Positions 12,601-24,719 of a stretch of 64,000 nucleotides of DNA are shown piece after piece. Numbering within the stretch: the first letter of the stretch is position 1; each line of letters starts with the position of its first letter. Under the pieces are notes generated by a model, which saw only the letters and a program-made list of their open reading frames with translations, did not search any database and was not told where the DNA came from. Both the position numbers and the translations under genes were made by a program. This DNA is from Harriotta raleighana (taxonomy: Eukaryota): contig JBNZDD010013732.1 in NCBI GenBank assembly GCA_050575255.1, positions 19,875,986 through 19,939,985 on the forward strand, given 5' to 3'.

Positions 12601-14591
12601 ACACTGTTAGAAGTCATTGACAGAGGGCAACCTGGTTTGACTGACAGCTAGACCAGGGCTCCAACCCGGGATTGAAATATAACACGACCAGAGGAACTTA
12701 GGGTCACACTGAAACTGCAACCACTCATTCATTAAGGCCTCGGATTAATTTCCCGTTCGAGTGTCAAGGTTCAAAATATTAGTTTTATGAACTATTCGTG
12801 GGAGTTGGCATAAATGTTCAAGTAGAAATTCCCCCTCCCACTGCCCCACCCGCCCCACTCCACCCAATATTGTTTATCTGACAGCTTCACTAAGCAGGAT
12901 GACAAAACAACAGAGTTTTTATAAATATATACCAAAGATTTACCTCTATAACATTTTATACATTGGAACCTTTTGAGGGAAAAATGATTTCCAGTTAGGG
13001 ACAATTATCACTTTGCAAACTGAAAATGATGGTAAACGTCACTTTCAGAGGGAGCAGCACAGAAAAGTTGTAGCAACTGGAGGGTTTCAATTATTGTGAT
13101 TTAATTTCACTCCGGTCTAAAATGGGTGTAGTTTTGAGTCAGATGCACTGGGGGGAAAGAAACCCAAACACTTACAGGCACTTCAGTGTGAACTGCTCTT
13201 GTTGCAATTGCTGAATAGGTAAGCTGAGAAATTCCTCATCCTCCTGTTTCAGCTCCAAAACTGCTGATCCATCAGCAATTACGCACTCACTCAAAGCATG
13301 AATCTTACCCTGCACACAGCAGGACCTCTTGCAATTTAAGCCTTTCTCTCTCCCTTCACCCTCCCACCCCCCTTTCTCAAAGCCACTTTGTTAACGAGAC
13401 AGGGTTCCCATTTGCTGCTCTATCAAAGGCTGCATTTTAAAACCATTAAAATCAAATCTGCATAATCTGTAGTCCACACTGCTTTCCACATTTACCACCG
13501 AGTGTAATATTCAGTGACTCAGAACTGAGCCCACTTGGAATGTTTTGAAGTAAGTGAAGTCAATTTTTGGGGGAGTTCCACAAAATTAGAAATAAATGCC
13601 AATAGATAGAGCTTACTTTCAGTGAGAGCATTTTCTTATACAGTACTGTAGTTAGGTTTTGGGAGGTGAAATGAAACCCATCACTTGGACTTCTCATTCA
13701 CTGCTTTCAAAGTACCAAGTAAGTAAGGAACCTTTTCACAAGTGAGCATGTGTACCACGGAATAAATACAGAATCACTGAGAATGACATTTTTTGTGTGT
13801 TTTAACAGTGTGAATGGGAACAGCTACCCCGTCCCATAACATAGGTCTTTGTAAAATAACAATCTGCTTCTCTACTGTTGAAAACAACAGTCCTTCATTT
13901 CATTCCTATTCCACAGGCTGTAATGTAATGCCATTATCCTTCCATTCTCTCACCCCTGATGCCGAGAACAGATATGAATAGACATGTGTTTGTAGATGTT
14001 AACCAGAGGGCTAACCTGAGTTTGCATTTATGCATGACATAAAAAGCCTTCCGATGAGTGGGAGCACATCTTCCCCATCAGGAGAGCCCAATTCAGCTAA
14101 TCACATTCTCCCCTCTGATCAGAACCAACCTGAAAGTCAACACCTGGTTCCCCAACTGTGCTGGTGCCTGCTGTGCCAGCTTCCCATCTACTACTATTCA
14201 GCTGTGAGAAAGACTGCTTTCACTACACACCAGCTGCAAATATGCAGAGCGCAGGAAATTAATAGCAGTAAAAAAAACTTTCAAATGGTTACCTTTCATG
14301 TTTAGCTCCCTTTTTTTCCCTCCCAATTTTCCTCCTGCTCTGCCTCCCCCTTTTAATCTAGCCTCTATTAAAAGGGCTGATCAGTTAGTGGGGCGGAGTG
14401 GGAGAATACACATCCATGGGTTCCACTAGCCCTCTACTGCCTGCATCATGTCATGCTCTGGATGTGCATTTACATTATCAATAGCTATTTAGCCACACAA
14501 ATAAGGCCTCCAATTGTCTGACTGATGTTGAGGTGCACCTTGAGTTCAGAACCACTTTGTAAGTTAAGATCATCACTCCAGGATGAAGATA

Positions 14592-15139
14592 CAGTAAAAT
14601 TCCGATAATCTGACACGTTCGGGACCTAGGCGGTGCCGGATGAGCAAATATGGCAGATTATTGGACGTTACTCTTAGGGATGGGAGGATTTGAGTGTGCT
14701 GTACTCCTATTTTTAATTTAATTTATTTATTTATTGTATTTATGTAACATACTTGTATAGCGAAATCCAGAGCACTCCCCAGCCCGACGGAGCAGGAATT
14801 TTAATTTAATTTATTTATTTATTGTATTTATGTAACATACTTGTATAGCGAAATCCAGAGCACTCCCCAGCCCGACGGAGCAGGAATAAAGAGGCATTGC
14901 ACCCACCGAAAGTAAATTTAAAAAAAAATTGAGCGAGTACATTTAGTAAAGCCCGCATGCGCATTTATTAAACGTGACATCAGTGCCGGGCCCCCTAGTA
15001 AAATGCACTGGGTAGTGTGAATGCTCTCTGGGAAGAGATGCACATAGAGATGCGCAGATTGGAAAAAACTGGACTGTCGCAGATGCCGGACTATAAGGCA
15101 TTCTGGATTAACAGGTGCCAGATTAAAGGAATTTTACAG
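14592..15139. mobile_element. Non-autonomous pogo/Tigger-like DNA transposon (MITE A)
   Basis: TA|CAGTAAAATTCCGATAATCTG at left; CAGATTAAAGGAATTTTACAG|TA at right (imperfect TIR, TA TSD); no transposase ORF. Confidence 0.75.
14711..14886. repeat. Perfect 88-bp tandem duplication inside MITE A
   Basis: Unit ttttaatttaatttatttatttattg...cccgacggagcaggaa repeated twice (period 88). Confidence 0.9.
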
Positions 15140-15994
15140 TAGTTTGTTTTGTTCGGAGAGCAAGAAAGAAACAAAACGGCTGCCCATAGGCATTGAAGCC
15201 ACAGCAAATCAACTCGGAACATTTTGGCCCACAGAGGAATTTGGCTTCATGACACAGATCTGTGTTGAAATATGTCAATATTACTCCCCTGTCTCTATTT
15301 TGCCAGGAAACAGCAAAGGCTGACAAGAAGCCTGTCCTTGTATTGCTGTAGTCAATGGTTTACACTGACCAGAACTTGCAGTGTAACCTGGCATGGAACC
15401 CATTCTCTTACAGTGGGTATCCTATGCTATAAATGTTTTTTCCTTTGGACAACAAACAGGCTGCCACTAATGCTTCATATAGGGTTTCACTTTTCCTTTT
15501 TGCTCACAGAGCACAGTTTGCTTCTCGCCAGAAGATGTGAAGTTGTTCAGTAATGCATGATCACCTGTGAGTGGGAATAATAGCAATGTCTCGATTTACA
15601 CATGTAATAACCAGAGTGACTACAGTGAATGTTCAGCAAAACCGTCTTCCTTTTTACACACTGCCCTAAATGCTGACCTGCATTTCAACTCAGGGACGTT
15701 GAAAGCATCAGAGAGACCGCGGGATCTGTCCATCACTGATCCCAATTTTCCAGATCGATCAACGCAACCAAGTCATAAATTGTTATGTTTTGTTGCCAAC
15801 TATTGGACATTGGCTTCAAGTTTTTATTTTAAAAAAAGGATTCCACCTGATGACTGAATTAGTAAAGCAATAACTTTTTGACAAAATGACCCATAATCAC
15901 AGATCCTGGATTGATTCCACAGTTTTTTTTTGCAGATATTAGCCTCAGCAGCAGTAGTGACAAACATGGCTTCAGTACATTTAGGATAAGAGGT

Positions 15995-16357
15995 GATAAT
16001 AACAATAATCATCATTATCATCCTTGTATTTGACATAGTGCCTTATACATCATCGAGACATCTCACAATACTTCACAGAATATACTGAAAGTGAATTGAT
16101 TGTATATTTTGTAGGCAAAACGCAGCAGCCAGTTGCAGACAGCAGTGTCCCACACATGTCATGACCAATTTGTAATTTTTTGAAGGGATTATTATCCCCG
16201 GAAAATGATCTGCCAATTGGCTAACAACCAGGTTTCTACTTACTGCTAGGTAAACAGTGGCACATGGAGTAAGGAAAGTTGCCCAACGTTTCACCGTGCC
16301 CAGAAATCGGACCCAGGTCCTCTCACATGCGAGGCGAGTGCTCGAACTACAAAGCCA
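15995..16357 (-). mobile_element. tRNA-derived Deu-SINE, full-length variant with longer middle region
   Basis: Minus-strand head ggctttgtagttcgagcactcgcctcgcatgtgagaggacctgggtccgatt, aactttccttactccatg, Deu block and (ATT/ATG)n tail. Confidence 0.8.
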
Positions 16358-16434
16358 CATGACTCTATAATCAACCAGAGTGCCAACTCCTGATTAACTA
16401 TCCAGTAAAGATGAAAGTAGGTTAAGACTTTAGT

Positions 16435-16525
16435 GTTGCAGCCTGTTGACACTTCTGAGCATTCAAGAATGGCCACTCTGGTGAGGTGGAGGAGGTCAGC
16501 CAGTACCTTCAGAAGAGGGGAGAAG
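16435..16525 (+). mobile_element. AmnSINE2-like 3' fragment
   Basis: gcctgttgacact...aagaatggccactctggtgagg...agtaccttcagaagagggg. Confidence 0.4.
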
Positions 16526-18534
16526 ATAAATCTTCATGAAATTGAATTTCCATGAAGAAATTGCACCCACACCGCCACTCATTTTTTTAAAAAAACTATA
16601 AGGATAAAAAAATGTCAACATGACAAACGTACTACCCCATTCTTAAGAAAATCACGTAAACCAGGAAGTTATTTTTGTGTCGTGTTCCATATACACAGTA
16701 TTCATTTGTAACACACTGTTTGTAAAGAACAGTGAAGTACAATGTAAGAGCTAATATATTACAGTACTAGGAACAAATCTATTCATTACAAAGTTATTAC
16801 TGTGTAATTACATGTTATTTATAGAACTTAGCAAAGTACTGATGGGTGTTACAGTAAGCCAGTGCCCTGTCTGCTCAAGACATGGTCACAACGTTAACTT
16901 TCTGCAGCCTGACTTGTTCCACACAGTTGATTCCTACGAGACCAATGCAATAAAGAAAAGAAGGAAGCACATATTTGTTGTGTTAATTAAATGATAATGA
17001 GTGCACAAAGTGCATCTGCCATAGCACTTTACAGGTACAGTTGATGAACAATCTGTTTGCCGTGAAATTACTATTCATCTAGGGATATTCACTTAGCCAG
17101 AGTTCACCTTGAAGCTACTGCTAGATTTTCTCTTTAAAAGTCTCATGAAAAACGAGATTCCCACTCGCGTAAATCAGATTTGTGCCTTTTCTCCTTCCTC
17201 TCCTCATTCTTGGGATAATGTTATCCACAAGCCAGCAGCCTGCCTGCAGCAAGCTCCAGTCACCAATTATGTGTGAATATTGGCAGGCTGTGGTGGGCAT
17301 CATTTTGGAGTTTAAGATTAAGGAATTGAAGTTGTTAGTGGAGCAGCAATAAGGGGCAGAGCAGCTCTTCCCAAAACCCCGGGCTGGAGAGGGGATAAAC
17401 ATTGCCATAAGACAACCTGCGGCTTCCTCTGCAGTGACTCCTGGAATCTTCATGGACATTAGACCTCTCTATACCCACAACCCTCACGCACATGCATATA
17501 TCCGTGCATTCGCACACGGACACACAGAGTGAAATAACCTGCTGTCACTCACTATTTAAGCTTGTGTTACAACAACAACTTGTACTTATATCAATCACAC
17601 CCTTTATATAGGCAAACATCTCAAAGCACTTCATGGAAGCAGAGTAAGTCTGAGTAGGATGGAAGTTGGAAGGGTAGAATGATCCAATGTAAAGTCAAAA
17701 GGGTAGGTTTTTAGATGGTACCTTTCTGTGCCTTGGTGATATGGGATACACATAAGAATTTAATCAAGATATAAATTCAGAATTGCTTCTAAAATTCTCC
17801 AAGGAAAAGAATGCTTGGATTAACTATTTAACCAAGAGCATTTGCTTTATAGGCTCAGTAAAAACGAGTTCTAATTTTACCTTGAAATTCAAATGCAAAT
17901 GTTATTTTATTTATTATTCCTTTGGTTATTCTGGTCACTTGAGTGTGTGTTAGACACAATTCATGTGTAAAACTCCTATCATTTTAGCTGGGAGCTTTGA
18001 TTCTTGATGCTCATTTAGCTCAGGTTCAGTCAGTGAATTTTCCATTTTAAGGATGCATTTCCAATCGCCTTTTAAATTGGAAACCTCTCATAAGGCAATG
18101 ATTGACATTCTGTTAAGTACTAAGTGGGCTGCGACAGTAACCCACTGTGCAGACTATAAATTCATCACATTATGTCTTGGGGTTTGCAACTGTAATTTTA
18201 CTAACAGTGCTATTTTGCTTCAAACCAGATTGTCAATGGAACTGTTCAACGTGTTGACAGTGTTGTCAATACACTGTCAACCGCCTGTTTTATGCCCATC
18301 AACAAGCTATACAAAAATGATTTACCATTGATCAGTGATGGCAAAATAATAGTCGGAATGCATCCCATCGGAAGTGGAATTCTCTTTGCACATTCACACT
18401 CGATCAGATCCGTTTCACATTTTCAGCATTATTACGGTTTTAAACTCTCCATGGAAGGAAGGAGTTAAGGACTGGTAAAAGAAAAATAGTATTATAAATA
18501 TAAAGGGATGCGGGTGAGGAGTAGGGAAACTGCA

Positions 18535-18760
18535 GCTCAGACATTGGCCATTCACCTTTGGCATCCAAGTTCAAATCCAGGGCAGACTAATAGGATAAAG
18601 TCTCCTCCTCCTGGCTGATGTAGGATTTACTATGTGATATCAGTTTGTGCAGTCTCCAGACACTCTCAACCCAGTTCCTTGTGCGTGTGTGTCACAGCAT
18701 AAAAGTGCCTTTGGTTTAAAAGAAATCAGTAATTTTACTCAGTTGCTCTCACAAGACACA
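18535..18760 (+). mobile_element. LF-SINE-like ancient SINE remnant
   Basis: ccattcacctttggcatccaagttcaaatccagggcagac (B-box-like), ctatgtgatatcagtttgtgcagtctc...aacccagttcctt resemble the recalled LF-SINE consensus TTCACCTCTGG..GTTCGAATCC..CTATGTGAAATGAGTTGG..CCAGTTCCT. Confidence 0.5.
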
Positions 18761-20132
18761 ATAGCAACTTGCATTTGTATAGCACACCTCATGCAAGGTC
18801 GTGTATCAGAATGCTTAGCTTGTATGAAAGTACTGTAAGAAGGTCATTATATTGGAAGACACAATTCCAGTAGTAACCACATATCAGCAGGAAATCACCG
18901 AGCAGATAAACAATGGGATGTATGTATGTATTACGAGATATAAATGGGGAGGGAGGGGGAGGGGGGGGGGTGGAGACTGTAATATGCTCACAAGTCCTGC
19001 TTTGTTCTACATACGGAACAGTGCGTGTTTTTTTCATCAGCACCCGCCTGGTACTCGAGCCCTGATCTACTGCTATGGTCTTGTAAAACTCTAGTTTCCT
19101 GTCAACAGAAAAAAAAACACCCACGACCGTGCTCAACTTCCAAGGGGGATGGATTCCTCTCACAGTGCAGGTCCCAGATAACAAAGCAAACAGGAATGGG
19201 TGTTCACCACCACAGCCGGAAAGGCCACATCCCTCCCCTCCTCCCCTTGCTCAGTGTCCAATACCGGTCCTGGTGAAGTGCTGTTAGGTGTTACCCCATA
19301 TGAAGGCCACTATGTAAATACAAGTTGTTGCTGCTGTTGTTTTTTCAAGATACTTGTTTGTTTCATGGACAGAACAGTCTCTTGGCTCAGCTGGTATTCC
19401 TGAAGCCTCTCTCCAAAGTCTTCTGAGTGTGTCACAGCCTTGCAATACACACCTTGCCACCTGTTCTTCTCCGCACAAGCATCGCACAGAATGTTTCAGC
19501 ACGGAAGAAGGCCACGTGGCCCTAAGTAAGAACTGTGTGTTCAGTTACACTCTCTTGCCCCGCCCCCCACACTACTTAATATTTTTTCTTTGCAAATATT
19601 TGTTTAAAATGCTGAAGCACTGACTGTGCGTGTGGCTGTGACTTCTTCCTGTAAACTTTACTCCTGAGTAAAATGAAAGGGGCTACTGCGCTTTCTGTTG
19701 CAGAGTGGATCTCGCAATGCACAGGCTCAACTAAGCCGCAGAACTAGAGCAGTCTAGTGGAATCCATCTTTGACCAGTGCTGAGAGTCGGCTCAAACTCC
19801 ACATTGGAGCGAGATTCAGTTCTGAGACAGACCTTCCTGAACCAGCCTCATCCCAATCTTCTATTGTGTTCGACAAAAGAAAAGGAACTGTTGGGAAAGG
19901 TGCAAGTCTTCTACAGTTTAATATCTCCCCCTTCCCTCCCTGCCCTATAGTTTGTGAGGCAGAACTGCGTACATGCGTTTTAATGTGCACATCCAATTTG
20001 ATACAGCACATGCAGGTTATGTCCACACTGTGTAAAACCATGGTGACACAGCTACGGTGTAAATAAACTCTTCTGTGTTGGTCCAACATTACCAGGACAT
20101 CCCTTAATTGAATGAATACAGGAATTCTTGAT

Positions 20133-20545
20133 CCATAGAATCACGTCGACCACAACAGCACAGAAACAGGCCATTCAACCCAAATAATCCATACCCCTTC
20201 TCCCTCATTTATGTGTCAAGTTTCCCCTTAAATATATTATTGCTTTCTGCTTCAACCATGGCTTCCACATCCCATCACCATCTGTGTGAAAAAAGTTCTT
20301 TCTAAAATCATATTTCAATCTGCTGCTGGCTGTCTTATATTTATGCCCCGTGTTTTGGACTCACACAATAAAGTGAAAACATCTTATTAATTTCCACCTT
20401 ATCAAATCCTTTTCATAATGTTAAAAGTCTCTATCAGGGCTGCTCTTAACAATCTCATCTCCAGAGAGAAAACCTCTAACCTGTGTGATCTTTCTTGATA
20501 GCTGTAACCACTCATCTCTGGTTACATCCTACGTGCATCTCCAAT
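20133..20545 (-). mobile_element. CR1/L3 LINE 3' fragment
   Basis: catagaatca...acagcacagaaacaggccattcaaccc is the reverse complement of the CR1 terminus; followed by tgtgtgaaaaaagttcttt, atttatgcccc, ttttcataatgttaaaagtctctatcagg (ORF2 C-terminal region). Confidence 0.75.
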
Positions 20546-21773
20546 ATGACTGCTTCCCTCAAAGGCACTCCTTTTGTCTAAAATGTTTCACTGAGATGCA
20601 ACACGTTCGACCATATGTATTTACTTTCTTCGCCAGTACAACAATTAAGAATTACATGAAATGTTTCTGGAGTGGGTTGTCAGCTTTGGCTTCGCTTCTC
20701 AGATAACCTACCCAGCACCACGGTGGCCCTTGATACAGGTCACTGTAGTTACCAGCTGCACAAGTCCACTCGATGTTTTGCAAACCACGTGCAGTCGACC
20801 GCAACTGACTGATGTGCCAAGAGCACGTCACATTTGCCAAGTACTGCAAGTTCAGTACTAAATTATCTTTACAGTTCTCTCACCCCAAAACACCCTACAG
20901 GGCTTTAAAACAGACCTAGAGGGACTGATATAATCCTGTAAGACAGAGTGAAAATTCAAAAACAATTACAATTGTGTCCTACAGGACTGAATAAGCATGG
21001 CTGTTTCTATGGTTATAATCCTTTCTCTTATTCTGCACTCATACAGGATAAATGTGCACCAGGTCTCCAGCCTGCACAGGTCAAAGGTCACCATCTGAAA
21101 TATTTAACAACGTAAGGAAGCTATTTGCAGTACAATTCCAATTGCATTTTCTTCTTTCTTAACTCTCCTGAGGACACACCTGTGCCAAAAGTGTTTTTAC
21201 GTCGTTTTTTTTCAGGAAAATCATTACAATTTTCTAAATTCGCCAGTTAGAATGGTTCCACACCATTCAAATCAATATCAATTATACAGTAAATCATTTA
21301 GTTTTTTTTGGTCAACTGGGTGGCTGACACACGTAAGAACCCAGGACCATGATTATGAGTATCCCAACCACAACGGTGACCAACCAATCAATCCAGGTTG
21401 GAGAAGGAAGGTCAATCAGAAAACCCCCTCTCACTCCCCTGGCAAGTGGGAACATGAGCCAAGAATGGGATTAGGCAAACAACCTTTCCTCACTCACTGG
21501 CAAGGCTCACAGAGGAGGTAGCCACTGAAGTAGAAGACGATGACCACAGTGTGTCAATGGATACGTTCCCCCACCCCACACCCCACCACACACCCTCAAG
21601 GCTCTGTTGGTAAAGCCCTCATTGTGTAATCCTGTGTTCCGGCGCGCAAGGCTGTGAATGAGGTTGGAAGTGAGACACAGCTCCTTAAGAGAAACTGTAA
21701 ACAAGAAAAAAATAACAAAAAAGTAGAAATTGGATTGGAGTGTGCTTGCATGGCATCTATTTCTGCTGCTGCT

Positions 21774-21801
21774 CTGTGTGTGTGTGTGTGTGTGTGGTGT
21801 G
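21774..21801. repeat. (TG)n microsatellite
   Basis: tgtgtgtgtgtgtgtgtgtgtggtgtg. Confidence 0.85.
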
Positions 21802-21948
21802 GCAGAGGGCAATGAGAGAAACAATGCAGGAAAATGGGAGAAAAAAATCATCCAAAAACTCCCAAGCAGTTGTTTTAATTTCTAATCTAATTCAATGCTT
21901 CATAGTGCAAAGTACAGTATTTTTAGTTCAGTCTGCAAAACCTACTTG

Positions 21949-22085
21949 TATGTTTCGGTGGGGGCAGGCGTTGGGAAAAGAAGAAAAACATGAAAATGCT
22001 CACGTTTTTGCTGATCNTATGTTTCGGTGGGGGCGGGCGTTGGGAAAAGAAGAAAAACATGAAAATGCTCACGTTTTTGCTGATC
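21949..22085. other. Assembly junction: 68-bp duplicated overlap around single N (22017)
   Basis: 21949-22016 and 22018-22085 identical except one A/G. Confidence 0.85.
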
Positions 22086-22669
22086 TTAAAAAAAACTACT
22101 CAATAGGAATTGTTCCCATCTAGCTTCTGAGCCGACTTTGTTCCTCTATCCCATTCACTGCCCTGAAATAAGCCTGGCCTCAGATGGCCGTTACCACAGT
22201 AACCGTGTTCATTCAATACTTGCAAATAATGAAGACAATGTGTTTTCCATTTAGATGAGTTTAGTACATATGAAGGAGTCCCACACTTAACCCTCGGACA
22301 CTGGGACAATGTAACCATTCTGCATTACTACCTGTTCAGTGTAGCCCTGTTTATATAAGCAGAGAGAATCGAACCCTCCGCTCCAACCACCATTGATTGC
22401 CATTTTGGTGGGAATGGACAGCAGAGGCGGAAGTGGAGTTTGCCACCTTTCATGTGTATGGAGTCAAACGAACAGAAACAGATAGTCAGAGAGGGTCTAA
22501 TTTGCCAGTGACCCGAGTGTACTTTCTGATGCTACCAGGCACCATGTCTCCCTTGATGCAATGCCACATCTGCTGCTTAATGGTAAGACAACTTCCCACA
22601 AAAGAAATCGGATGCTACGTGTGCACACCACTGAAGGTTGTGTTTCTCTTGTGTCTCCCCTCCCCTCCC

Positions 22670-22720
22670 TGTTTTTAGGTGGCAACCTAACCTTTGTTTT
22701 TAGGTTGCCACCTAAAAACA
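22670..22720. repeat. Perfect inverted repeat, 21-bp arms, 9-nt loop
   Basis: tgtttttaggtggcaacctaa / cctttgttt / ttaggttgccacctaaaaaca. Confidence 0.9.
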
Positions 22721-22949
22721 AACTACATGTTGTTATGTAGCAGAGAATCTGACCTTGACAACATACTATAACACACAAAACTAGTCAAACGGAAGTGTTC
22801 CTTTAATACCTGGGGCTGTGTGTTTGTAGCAAATGTGATCAAAACAAATGACTAGGACAGACACTGGCACAATGTGGATCTCATCCTTTTGCCATGTCTT
22901 GATATTGCTCATCTCACCCAGCATTCAGGTCTGATTGGCTCTAAATTTA

Positions 22950-23222
22950 GGTATCAGAGTTGCTCAGTCTGTGGGTTAGAAGGTTGCGGTTTCAACACCC
23001 GTGTGTTGCCATCCTTCAGATAATACTGTACTTTAAATCAAGATCCCATCTGCCTGGATGTTGGAAATCCTGTGGCACTATTCAAAAGAGAAGGGAGTTT
23101 CTCCTGGTGTCCCGACCAACAATCCCTCCCGCCAGATTAAAAAGAAGGAAAAAAAAACCTTCTAAAACGCTTTGAGGATTTGCAACATGATAAAGCGCTA
23201 CCTCAAATGCAAGATTTATTAA
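22950..23222 (+). mobile_element. Old Deu-SINE with internal deletion
   Basis: gggttagaaggttgcggtttcaacaccc head, ggcactattcaaaagagaagggagtttctcctggtgtcccgaccaac core, tail aaacgctttgagg...taaagcgctacctcaaatgcaag. Confidence 0.7.
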
Positions 23223-24202
23223 CATAAAATATACCTCAATCATTCCTCAATGGTGCAAAGAAACCCACTCTCGTCTTTGTGGCCTACTTCGAATCAGACT
23301 ACCTGGTATCAGATAAACTTTCAGCACAGAACAGGCCATTTGGACCATTGTGCCAGTGCTGGCTCTCTGCAAGAGAGATTTGTGCAGTCACATAGGTTGT
23401 ACACCAGTCTATCCTGTCGGTTCACCTCGCAGTTCAATTCCGCCCATGCCACACTCTCCTAGCTGGTACGGTTCCTTCTGGACTTAAAATTTTTACAATA
23501 GAATAAACTCTCCCAGGCTCCCCTCTCCCAATCTCATGGGTTTACTATACTCAGTCTCCCATTCTCAAGTGAAACCAAGGTAGGAACCAGCAAACTTTTC
23601 TCTACAACAGCAATGTGCTGAATTCAGATGGAATAAAACAAATTGCATTACACAAAGTCTATGGTAAATGTTTCCCATATTTATTGCTTCACGGACTTAG
23701 CCTCTTAAACAGAAGGATATAAAGCGACTACAGAACATGGGATGTAAAGTGACCACTTGCTCAGCTCTGAAAAACTCTGGCATGTCAATGCCATAAGTCT
23801 GGTCAATTTGCAGATTTCTTTCAATCATTTCTACTCCATTTCGGAAGAAGCAATTTCCCCCGGCAGCTAAAGGTGTTAAAATGCAAATTCTCTGCTAGGT
23901 TTTGCAATTTAAACAGAACAGTGTGAAGTGAGCCCAGAAAATACAGGAAGGAACATTCTTATCCTGGCCCCTTAAAAACAAAACAAAATTTCACAGAGAA
24001 GAGAGAATTATAAATTTTCCGCAGCGAGAGAAAGCCCCCTTACAAATGAGTGAGTCTGTCAAAGCCACTTATTTCTCTTTAAATTGTAACACATTGCTTG
24101 TGGGCAGCTCTCCATCGCGCAAGCCAGGTGACATTAACTTCAAAATGACAACTATCCAAATGAGGGGGCGTAAACAGCAGTAAAGGGGCAGGAGGTACAG
24201 TT

Positions 24203-24573
24203 CAGTAAAACCCCATTTATCCGTAACCTGATCAACCGGATTGCTCGACCCCCTCCCGGGGCAATTCCCCATTCCAGGAATCGCGAGTTTGGTCAATTTG
24301 CTCATGTGTACAATGCGTGCGCATGCGCACTTATTAAACTTACGAACTTGGGGTTTTTTCATTGATTTTTTTTTAACCGACTTTGCTGGAATGCTTTATT
24401 GGTAAGTGTCCACACAATATTCTGTTACTATGTAGTCTATTATTAACATGGTAGGTTTTAAAATAAGTTAATTTTTTGTGATGGGTTTTGGGCACAGTTT
24501 ATCCGGCGCAGTCAATTAGTCCGACACCACCCCCCCCACTCCCCGAGCGTACCGGATAAACGTGGTTTTACTG
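24203..24573. mobile_element. Non-autonomous pogo/Tigger-like DNA transposon (MITE B)
   Basis: Left TIR CAGTAAAACCCCATTTATCCG; right CGGATAAACGTGGTTTTACTG|TA; left flank reads TT rather than TA. Confidence 0.8.
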
Positions 24574-24719
24574 TATTTTTACTCACCGCCAAAAAAAACA
24601 GTAACGGGTGACGGGGTGGGACAGCAATAACAACTTGTACTGAAATAATGCCCTTCACAATGGGTGGTGTCTCAGAATGGTTAACAGTAGCGGAGACCAA
24701 TGCTGAGCCACGGCCAGCC

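Noticed and set aside
17335-17523. Peptide LSYGNVYP resembling a K-channel pore motif (GYGDxYP)
   Set aside because: Lacks the TVGYG signature and flanking helices; no exon structure
20712-20732. REST/NRSF-like site CAGCACCACGG
   Set aside because: Right half-site (ACAGCGCC) is absent
21740-22123. ORF with repeated peptide MFRWG..ALGKEEKHENAHVFAD
   Set aside because: The repeat is the assembly overlap around the N at 22017
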